From Chthonomonas calidirosea (GTDB lineage: Bacteria > Armatimonadota > Fimbriimonadia > Fimbriimonadales > Fimbriimonadaceae), in assembly GCA_945859975.1 (NCBI GenBank), contig CAMAPH010000046.1, positions 1 to 20,342 on the forward strand: a DNA stretch of 20,342 bases, in the 5' to 3' direction. How positions within the stretch are numbered: position 1 is the first letter of the stretch; each line of letters opens with the position of its first letter. The translations under genes and the position numbers were made by a program. Below the pieces are notes generated by a model. That model was not told the origin of the DNA and did no database searches. It saw only the letters and a list, made by a program, of their open reading frames with translations. Shown piece by piece: positions 1 through 7,657 of the stretch.

Positions 1-132
1 CTGGATGAGTTCTTCATCGAACTAGATGCCCTGCTTAAAGCGAGCGAAGAGCCCAACATGCCCGCCATCGCGGCTTTGCACGAAAAGTACCGTATGGAAC
101 TCCTGGGTCCGCCACTTGCGGCTCTTGGTTAG
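1..132 (+). CDS. Partial CDS (3' end), probable cupin-domain protein C-terminus
   Basis: Frame 1 is open from the window edge: LDEFFIELDALLKASEEPNMPAIAALHEKYRMELLGPPLAALG*, with TAG at 130-132. The 'FFxEL...ALxEKYxMELLGPPL' ending resembles small cupin / quercetin dioxygenase-like proteins. Not in the ORF track because the start is outside the window. Confidence 0.6.
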   Translation: MDEFFIELDALLKASEEPNMPAIAALHEKYRMELLGPPLAALG

Positions 133-239
133 GAACTTTTTGAGGGCAAGTACTGCCAAATGTGTACAACATAGTTTTCTGGACTCGGTTACGGCTTCTG
201 GATAAACATCCGTGCGCGAGTGAAAGCATCGATGAATCA

Positions 240-1436
240 ATGAAGATTTACACTCCCGTTCTAGTTGGCCTGCTGGCAATGTCCGGTTCCGGATGCCGAC
301 CCGATCCGGCAGTTTCCCCCGAGGTCGTCTCGGTCCCAACCAGTTCTCAGGGCCAAATGGGCACCCAGGCAAAGCCGCTTTTCCTAAACGGCGTCTTCCC
401 GATCGGCGTCTTTTCCCAGCCGCAGGAGTCTTTCGCAAAGTGGAAGTCGCGCGGAATCAACACCATTCTTGAAGTGCCCCAAGGACACGACCCGGTGAGT
501 TGGGACAAAGCGGCCCGAGCCGCGGGCTTGTTCACCATTCGGCGACCAATGGCTGATCCTAAGCAAGACATCGGCCGCAAGGACCTCTTGGCTTGGTCTC
601 ACTGGGACGAACCCGATGCGGCCGGGCGCATCGCGCAATGGACGCCGATGTTTGAGAAAACGGCTAAAGAGTGGCGTGCCATCGATCCCAACCGCCGAAT
701 CTTCCTTAACTTCGCCGGCCCCGATCTCAGCTGGTTTACCACCCAACGCGACGCCTATTCGACCAACTACGCATCCCACTACCCGCGATTGTTGGCTACG
801 GCGGACTGGATAGCCAACGACCTGTATCCTTGTGGCGGCTGGCTGAACCAAGCTCATGCCCGCCGACGCGGAGACATCACCCTGCTCGGGGAGCCCATCA
901 AAATCCTGAAGCGGATGACGACAAAGCCCCAGTTCGCTTTCATTGAAGCCAGCGAAATCGAACGCGGAAACGTCGAGGCTGCGCGTTGTCCGACGGCGGC
1001 GGAGTTCAGAGCTGAGATTTGGTACGCAATCACCCAGGGTGTTCGTGGCTTGTTCTACTTCCCTGCCGTCGTCGGCAAAAGCGGCTTCTCATTTGATGGC
1101 GCTCCAACCGAAATCGTCGCGGAAATGACAAAGCAAAACGCGATCATCCAGAAGATCGCGCCGCTGCTCCAAACCGAGATCAACCCACCCGGGTTCGGAG
1201 CGGAAGTGCCCGAGGGCATTTCCATCGGTTGGCGAGTAAGCAACGGAAAGCTGGTGGTGATTCTTGTGAACACCAAAGGCTCTGCGGTGAATACCCGAAT
1301 CAAACTTAACCGATTAGAGCAAGTGAGTTCTGGTGTTTCGCTGAGCACGGGCGCGCCGGTTTCATTACAATCTGGTGTCCTCAATGAGACGTTCGATCCG
1401 CACGAAGTCCAAGTTCTGATGTTCGAGTATCGCTGA
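240..1436 (+). CDS. Glycoside hydrolase-like (clan GH-A / TIM-barrel) lipoprotein of unassigned family
   Basis: The track ORF is 162..1436, but ATG 240 gives MKIYTPVLVGLLAMSGSG-C, a lipoprotein signal with lipobox, followed by a Pro/Ser linker. Motifs WSHWDEPD, WIANDLYP, FAFIEASE and EIWYAITQGVRGLFYF, plus a C-terminal beta-rich domain, resemble GH42/GH5-like barrels. Confidence 0.7.
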   Translation: MKIYTPVLVGLLAMSGSGCRPDPAVSPEVVSVPTSSQGQMGTQAKPLFLNGVFPIGVFSQPQESFAKWKSRGINTILEVPQGHDPVSWDKAARAAGLFTIRRPMADPKQDIGRKDLLAWSHWDEPDAAGRIAQWTPMFEKTAKEWRAIDPNRRIFLNFAGPDLSWFTTQRDAYSTNYASHYPRLLATADWIANDLYPCGGWLNQAHARRRGDITLLGEPIKILKRMTTKPQFAFIEASEIERGNVEAARCPTAAEFRAEIWYAITQGVRGLFYFPAVVGKSGFSFDGAPTEIVAEMTKQNAIIQKIAPLLQTEINPPGFGAEVPEGISIGWRVSNGKLVVILVNTKGSAVNTRIKLNRLEQVSSGVSLSTGAPVSLQSGVLNETFDPHEVQVLMFEYR

Positions 1437-1465
1437 TACTCAAGCGATTCCTTGAGAATGCTAGC

Positions 1466-2323
<858 letters not shown>

Positions 2324-2335
2324 TCAGTAGAGCAA

Positions 2336-3406
2336 CTACGCAAACAGCGGTTCGCAAGCTTCAAGCCGCGGACCTTTCTCGTCACAAACCGCAAACTGCG
2401 ACCGTCCGCTCATGCAGACTCCGGCGTAACGCCCCTGTTTGTCTAGGACGTAAAAGTTAAGGCCGAAGTTCGGTCGCCCACCCGGTCCGAGCAAGCGCTT
2501 TTCTTTGGTGTTGCTTACGACGCGCTTTAGCGCTTCCAGCCCGGCGTCCTTCGGGTGCTTCCCACGTCTAAGCTCCTCGACAATCAGATAGGAGCACAGG
2601 TTGTACAGGTTCGCTTCTCCTCGTCCGGTTGATCCCGCCGCGCCGACTTCGCCGTCCACGTACAGTCCTGCCCCCAGAATTGGCGAATCGCCCACCCGAC
2701 CGGGAATCTTGAAGGCCAAGCCGCTGGTCGTGGTTACGCCGCAAATCTCACCCTTCGCGTTCATGCCGTTGCAGTTGATCGTGCCCCAAACGTGCTCGGG
2801 GTCGAGAATCCCTTCCTCCGCCATCTGCAGGGCCACCGCAAGTCCATCGCGCTTCGTTGGGTCCAGGTAGTGCGTTGGGTCGGTTCGCCGCTTCCACTCC
2901 AACCACTTTCCGCGACTGTTTGGAGTGTTCAAATCGGGCTCAATCGTCATGCCCATGCCGCGCGCGAACCGTTGCGCGCCTTCGCCGACGAGGAGGTGAT
3001 GGTCGGTGCTCGCCGCCACCGCTTTCGCCACCAGCGACGGCGTCCGAATGCCCTCCAGCCCAGCCACGCCGCCGGCCCATCGCTTCGGCCCGTGCATCAC
3101 GCACGAATCGAGCTGAACGACACCTTCGGCATTCGGCAGTCCGCCGTATCCCACCGAGTCATCCTGCGGGTCGAGTTCAACGATGTTCACTCCGGCGATC
3201 ACGGCGTCGAGGACATCTGCCCCTTCGGTAATCATCCGGAAAGCCCGCTCCACGCAAGTCTCCGTCCCGCCGTTTTTAAACTGATATCCGTTGCCGGAGC
3301 TCACCACCAGCGGCCGCGGCGCGGACTTTGGGATGAAGGAGAATCCAATCGAAGGCTGCAGGGCCAAGGCAGCAGAACTCGCTAAAACGTCGCGGCGGGT
3401 GAGCAT
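2336..3406 (-). CDS. Tat-exported Ntn-hydrolase, N(4)-(beta-N-acetylglucosaminyl)-L-asparaginase / type-2 asparaginase family
   Basis: TRRDVL twin-arginine signal; SVGYGGLPN, QLDSCVM, TTTSGLAFKIPGRVGDSPILGAG and STGRGE motifs; autocleavage site WG|TINC. Confidence 0.9.
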   Translation of the reverse strand: MLTRRDVLASSAALALQPSIGFSFIPKSAPRPLVVSSGNGYQFKNGGTETCVERAFRMITEGADVLDAVIAGVNIVELDPQDDSVGYGGLPNAEGVVQLDSCVMHGPKRWAGGVAGLEGIRTPSLVAKAVAASTDHHLLVGEGAQRFARGMGMTIEPDLNTPNSRGKWLEWKRRTDPTHYLDPTKRDGLAVALQMAEEGILDPEHVWGTINCNGMNAKGEICGVTTTSGLAFKIPGRVGDSPILGAGLYVDGEVGAAGSTGRGEANLYNLCSYLIVEELRRGKHPKDAGLEALKRVVSNTKEKRLLGPGGRPNFGLNFYVLDKQGRYAGVCMSGRSQFAVCDEKGPRLEACEPLFA

Positions 3407-3412
3407 CCGACT

Positions 3413-3418
3413 ATCTTA
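3413..3418 (-). promoter_or_regulatory. Putative -10 box (TAAGAT) of a leaderless transcript
   Basis: TAnnnT hexamer 6 nt upstream of the asparaginase ATG (3406); no Shine-Dalgarno sequence. Confidence 0.5.
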
Positions 3419-3442
3419 ACAACAAACGGTGAGAAACCACCC

Positions 3443-4360
3443 TCACGGTCGAACGCCTCGGCGAAATCCGCCAAACCCGAACTTGCTTGGGTTGTATTCA
3501 CCCACTAAAGTAACGTCTGCTGTGGCCGGCACCGCCGAGCCGCTTGCCCAGTAAACGCTATTCACAATCATCCGCCGGAAACCGGGGTTCACAAAGTCCG
3601 TCGCCGCGCCCATGGTGCACGTCACCACGCGGTTGGTCACTCCCGCGGAGTTCACCGGCTCCCGAACCCAGAGGATCGGCATCATCGGCTCGTTCACGTC
3701 CTGTTCCGTGCCCTTCGCCGTCTTCTTGCTTCCCTTAAACTTCGGGTCACCCGAGGCCATCCCCGCGACCACTTCTCCGCGCATCAAGACTTGCGCGTTC
3801 TCGGGTGGAGCCGCTTCATAGACGTCGGTGGTGCCGAAAACATCGGACACGCCGTTCAAAATCGGATGCTTCGCCACGGCGACGGCGCGCGTGCCCTGCG
3901 AGCCATGGTCGCCCCAATGCGAAACCCAAGTTTCGCCCAAGACTTGCTTCCCAAACCCGCCTGGCCAGGCCTGCGAGTTAAAGGAAAAGCGTTTGTAGGC
4001 GCTCTTGGAGTCGGCCGGATAAGCAAAAGCGTGGGTGCTGGTTCGGATTCCGATGATCGGCTTTCCGGCCAAGTAGTAGTCAACAAAATGCTTCATCGAA
4101 GCATCGTCCCACTGCCGGAACCGCAGCATCATCACGCACACGTCGGCGGTCTTCAGCGCCTCGAGCCCGGGCTGATTCTTTTGGTTCTCCGGGTCAATCT
4201 CGCCCTTGTCGTTTACCGAGTAAAGAACGGTGCAGCGAAACCCTTGCTTCTCGAGAATCTTCGCGAGCTGCGGCAGCATCTCTTCCGAGCGATACTCCTC
4301 GTCCCCGGCCAGGAGAACGGCATGCATCGGCGGCTTCACCATTGCCAGTAGCTCGATCAT
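3443..4360 (-). CDS. ThuA-like (trehalose utilization / class I glutamine amidotransferase-like fold) protein
   Basis: LAGDEEYRSEE, PGLEALKTAD, LRFR, GIRTSTHAF, WVSHWGDH and TMGAATDF motifs typical of ThuA-like domains. The ATG directly abuts the upstream stop codon (0 nt gap). Confidence 0.75.
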   Translation of the reverse strand: MIELLAMVKPPMHAVLLAGDEEYRSEEMLPQLAKILEKQGFRCTVLYSVNDKGEIDPENQKNQPGLEALKTADVCVMMLRFRQWDDASMKHFVDYYLAGKPIIGIRTSTHAFAYPADSKSAYKRFSFNSQAWPGGFGKQVLGETWVSHWGDHGSQGTRAVAVAKHPILNGVSDVFGTTDVYEAAPPENAQVLMRGEVVAGMASGDPKFKGSKKTAKGTEQDVNEPMMPILWVREPVNSAGVTNRVVTCTMGAATDFVNPGFRRMIVNSVYWASGSAVPATADVTLVGEYNPSKFGFGGFRRGVRP

Positions 4361-5203
4361 TTAGCCCTCGCAAACCACGCGGAAGCCTGCGAAGGGCGCG
4401 TCCGAAAGCCACCAGCGGCTCTTTGGCATTTGCGGATCGGTCTCCTGCCAACTTGGCTGCCAACGGCGACGCGTATTTGGCGAAACCGCGTTGAGCGGGT
4501 CGCGGAAAGTCGGTCCGCAGAGCAAAGGCTTCCCTTCGGCGTCCGTCGTCCACTCGCCCACGTTGCCCAGCATGTCGTAAAGGCCAAACGGGTTTGGCGC
4601 TTTCTTTGCCACCGGCATGGTCATCTCGTCGGTGTTGGTCACGTTCCAAGACTGCTTTTCGATCGCCGCTTTGTCGGCCTTCCAAGGTCCAGCGACTCCG
4701 CCGCGAGCGGCCATATCCCACTCGGCTTCGGTCGGCACGCGGTACTTCTTGCCGGTGACCGAAGACAGCCAGCGGCAGAACATCTCGACGTTCGTAAAGC
4801 TGAGGTTGATCGCCGGATATCCGCGGTGACCCCAACCGAGGTCGGGGAGGATGTAGCTCTTGCTGGGTCGCGCGATGGCGTCAGCGGTGTACTCGGTCTG
4901 GTCGTACGGTTTCGAGGACGGCCCGCTGGCAAGGAAAACATCAAACGCTTCCCACGTCGTTTCGGTGGTGGCGATGAAAAACGGCTTCAGGGTCGTGGTT
5001 TTTCCACCGACCGTCGAGTTTCCACCCGCAATCGGCACCATCTTAATTTTTACGACCGACTTAGGTAGCGTTACCTCGTAGGGCGCGGGCGCCGCTGGAT
5101 CCTGAGCAACGCCCAAGCCTGCAAAAGAAGCCATGGTGATTACCAAGCCAAACGTGGAAAAAGTTCTAGCTCGAAGTCTTCGTGGGGTGGTCGCTTTACT
5201 CAT
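4361..5203 (-). CDS. Formylglycine-generating enzyme (FGE/SUMF1)-fold secreted protein lacking the catalytic Cys pair; start uncertain (ATG 5203, TTG 5146 or ATG 5134)
   Basis: TETTW, YPAINLS, FCRWLS..TGKKYRVPTEAEW, PNPFGLYDMLGNVGEW and GFRVV motifs; signal peptide ending GVA-QD. Confidence 0.9.
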   Translation of the reverse strand: MSKATTPRRLRARTFSTFGLVITMASFAGLGVAQDPAAPAPYEVTLPKSVVKIKMVPIAGGNSTVGGKTTTLKPFFIATTETTWEAFDVFLASGPSSKPYDQTEYTADAIARPSKSYILPDLGWGHRGYPAINLSFTNVEMFCRWLSSVTGKKYRVPTEAEWDMAARGGVAGPWKADKAAIEKQSWNVTNTDEMTMPVAKKAPNPFGLYDMLGNVGEWTTDAEGKPLLCGPTFRDPLNAVSPNTRRRWQPSWQETDPQMPKSRWWLSDAPFAGFRVVCEG

Positions 5204-6140
5204 GGCGTCGTATGCTCTGACGGCTACCGCCCATTCACCGGTTCGGCAAGAGCCTGCAGAGCTAAGCCGTTTTACCTTAGTGGAATATCACATGGGCATC
5301 GATGCCCGGATCATCCTCTACGCCCCAGATCAGAAAACGGCCGAGGTCGCGGCAGAAGCGGCATTCAAGCGCATCGCGGTCTTGGAGGATGTCATGAGCG
5401 ACTATCGTCCCACCAGCGAGCTGATGCGCCTCTGCGCGAAGCCAGCAAAGACTCCCGTAAGGATTTCTGCCGATCTCTTTAAGGTTCTAGAAGAAAGCCA
5501 GAAGATTTCGTCTCAGACGGGCGGCGCTTTTGATGTCACCGTTGGTCCGCTGATCCAACTTTGGCGAAAGGCTCGGAAAGAGGTCAAGCTCCCCGATCCG
5601 CAGCTCATCCGTGCGGCCAAGAAGTTGGTTGGCTATCGCAAGCTTAAACTCAACGCGAAAGATCAAACCGCCACCCTCGCAGAGAACGGTATGCGACTCG
5701 ATCTCGGCGGAATTGCTAAAGGCTTTGCCGCGGACGAAGCCCTTATCCAGCTTCAGAAGAACGGCGTCAAAAGCGCTCTGATCGAAATGGGCGGCGATAT
5801 CGTTCTGGGCGACGCCCCACCAAAAACCGAAGGCTGGCAAGTCATCGTGCCGAACAATACTTCGGGCAAACCGGAGATGACCCTGAAGAACTGCGCCATC
5901 TCAAGCTCGGGCGATACAGAGCAGTTCGTGGTCATCGGAGGCAAACGCTACTCACACGTCGTTGATCCTAAGACAGGCAATGGACTGACCCGCCGAGTTC
6001 AGGCAAGCATCATCGCCCCAAACGGACTCACGTCCGATCCGATCTCCACCGCGCTAACGGTGCTGAACGAACGCGGACGTGAGCGTTTGTTGCGAAATTA
6101 TCGGACGTCGAAGGTGTTCATCAAAACCGCCTCCGACTAA
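5133..6140 (+). CDS. apbE: FAD:protein FMN transferase ApbE (start uncertain: ATG 5133, GTG 5187 or ATG 5202)
   Basis: HMG, MSDYRPTSEL, GAFDVTVGPL, DLGGIAKGFAAD, EMGGD, SSSGD, YSHVVDPKTG and SDPISTAL motifs; hydrophobic N-terminal export signal. Confidence 0.95.
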   Translation: MVITKPNVEKVLARSLRGVVALLMASYALTATAHSPVRQEPAELSRFTLVEYHMGIDARIILYAPDQKTAEVAAEAAFKRIAVLEDVMSDYRPTSELMRLCAKPAKTPVRISADLFKVLEESQKISSQTGGAFDVTVGPLIQLWRKARKEVKLPDPQLIRAAKKLVGYRKLKLNAKDQTATLAENGMRLDLGGIAKGFAADEALIQLQKNGVKSALIEMGGDIVLGDAPPKTEGWQVIVPNNTSGKPEMTLKNCAISSSGDTEQFVVIGGKRYSHVVDPKTGNGLTRRVQASIIAPNGLTSDPISTALTVLNERGRERLLRNYRTSKVFIKTASD

Positions 6141-6144
6141 ATCC

Positions 6145-7521
6145 TCAATACTCGCGATCGATGACGATGCCTGGCTGCGGAACCGGATACTTTCCGGTCG
6201 CGTCTGGCATCAGCGGCGAATCGGAAGTCGAGGTCAGCTTGTCCACGTTTGGCGCGAACGAGTGCTCGCAGTTGAGCATCTGATCGTACGTGATGACCTG
6301 GCCGGTGTGCGCGGCCATTCGTCCCATGCTCGTAGCAACGCTCGCCTGAACGCCGCGTGGCACTTCGTTGTAAGGAGTGTTGTTTCGAATCGCCTTCATC
6401 AGCGTTTCCCACTCGTTCTGGTACGGATTCGTTCGGTCCGTTGCAATCCACTTCGGCGTGCCCGTGAGAGTCTGGTTCGAGAAGATCGCCGCTGGGCCGC
6501 CACAGTCGCCGGTTCGGGCGGCGATAGCCGAGCCCTTGGTTCCGTGAATGTAGCTGGAGAACTGGCCGTGAGCGCCGTTTACGCAGCGACCATCGAAGAA
6601 GAACTTCGAGCCGTCAGCATAGGTGTACTCCACCGAGTACGAGTCAAAGTTCTGGTCGATGAGCGGAACGCCATCGGAGTTGACGCGGTAGTGCCGTCCG
6701 CCAAGGCCCTGAGCCGAGACTGGCCAGCCGTTCTTCATCCAAGAGAGGTGGTCGATGTGGTGGATGTAGAAGTCGCTGAAGCAGCCGCCACTGGCCCAAA
6801 GGAAGCTGTGGAACCGTCGGATCTGGTACTCCAAGTGGCTCATGTTGTCTGGCTTCGGAGTCGATTCAAACGATGCCGCCGGACCGTGCATTCGGTAACC
6901 GCGCATCAAAATGATCTCGCCCAACTCGCCGCTGCTCACCTTATCGTGAAGCTGCTGAAGTCCAACCGTGTGGCGGGACATAAGACCAACGCCGACCTTA
7001 AGGCCAGCCGCGCTCGCCTGTGCGGCGAGTTCGAGCATCTTCTTGCTCGTGGGGCCGTCGGTGGTGACCGGCTTCTCCATGAACACGTTCAGCTTCTTCG
7101 AAATGGCGTACTGGAAGTGGACCCATCGGAAGGCCGGTGGCGTCGTAAGGATGACCACATCGCCAGGGTTCAGCGCATCCATGGCTTGCTTGTAACCATC
7201 AAAGCCGACAAACTGCTTCTCTTTCGGTACTTCCATCTGGCCCGCAAAGTTCTTGATGAGGTTGCCGTGGCAGTCATCAAGTCGGTCCTGGAAAACGTCG
7301 GCCATCGCGACCAACTTCATCGGTCCTTGCTTGGTGGAGAGGGCGTTTGCGGCTGCGCCGCCGCCTCGTCCACCGCAGCCCACAAGAGCGACCTGAATGG
7401 TGTCGGCTCCTGATGGATGAACGTTACCGAAACCGATGTTCGGAAGCAGCGCACCCGCGGCAAGGGTTCCAGAGGCCTTAATGACCTGGCGGCGGGATAA
7501 ATTTGGGTTCGAAAAGTCCAT
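6145..7521 (-). CDS. Tat-exported Gfo/Idh/MocA family NAD(P)-dependent oxidoreductase
   Basis: Start reassigned from 7569 to ATG 7521, which has GAGGA 9 nt upstream. SRRQVIK Tat motif, ALVGCGGRG Rossmann loop, LTTPPAFR, FMEKP, DFYIHHID and C-terminal PVPQPG. Confidence 0.92.
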   Translation of the reverse strand: MDFSNPNLSRRQVIKASGTLAAGALLPNIGFGNVHPSGADTIQVALVGCGGRGGGAAANALSTKQGPMKLVAMADVFQDRLDDCHGNLIKNFAGQMEVPKEKQFVGFDGYKQAMDALNPGDVVILTTPPAFRWVHFQYAISKKLNVFMEKPVTTDGPTSKKMLELAAQASAAGLKVGVGLMSRHTVGLQQLHDKVSSGELGEIILMRGYRMHGPAASFESTPKPDNMSHLEYQIRRFHSFLWASGGCFSDFYIHHIDHLSWMKNGWPVSAQGLGGRHYRVNSDGVPLIDQNFDSYSVEYTYADGSKFFFDGRCVNGAHGQFSSYIHGTKGSAIAARTGDCGGPAAIFSNQTLTGTPKWIATDRTNPYQNEWETLMKAIRNNTPYNEVPRGVQASVATSMGRMAAHTGQVITYDQMLNCEHSFAPNVDKLTSTSDSPLMPDATGKYPVPQPGIVIDREY

Positions 7522-7644
7522 GGTTTGAGGTCCTCGTAGATCTCGGGTAATCGATACGATACCGCGCAATTTAGGACTACGGTGAATCGTCGTTTTAACG
7601 CGCGACTTTGAACTCGGTTTAACGTTCCGTTAACCCGCTTCGGC

Positions 7645-7650
7645 TAGTCT
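7645..7650 (+). promoter_or_regulatory. Putative -10 box (TAGTCT) of a leaderless transcript
   Basis: TAnnnT hexamer 7 nt upstream of ATG 7658, at a divergent gene junction; no Shine-Dalgarno sequence. Confidence 0.45.
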
Positions 7651-7657
7651 GCAAGCA

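Noticed and set aside
160..172. Imperfect palindrome ATGT-GTACA-ACAT upstream of the GH-like gene
   Set aside because: Arms are only 4 bp, which is expected by chance; no second copy seen.
6079..7413. 444-aa plus-strand ORF
   Set aside because: Antisense shadow of the well-supported Gfo/Idh/MocA gene; Arg/Val/His-rich with no recognisable motifs, as expected from codon bias in GC-rich DNA.
7400..7420. SGAD in the oxidoreductase N-terminus as an ApbE flavinylation motif
   Set aside because: The residue after SGA is Asp rather than Ser/Thr, there is no upstream Asp, and it lies next to the Tat cleavage region.
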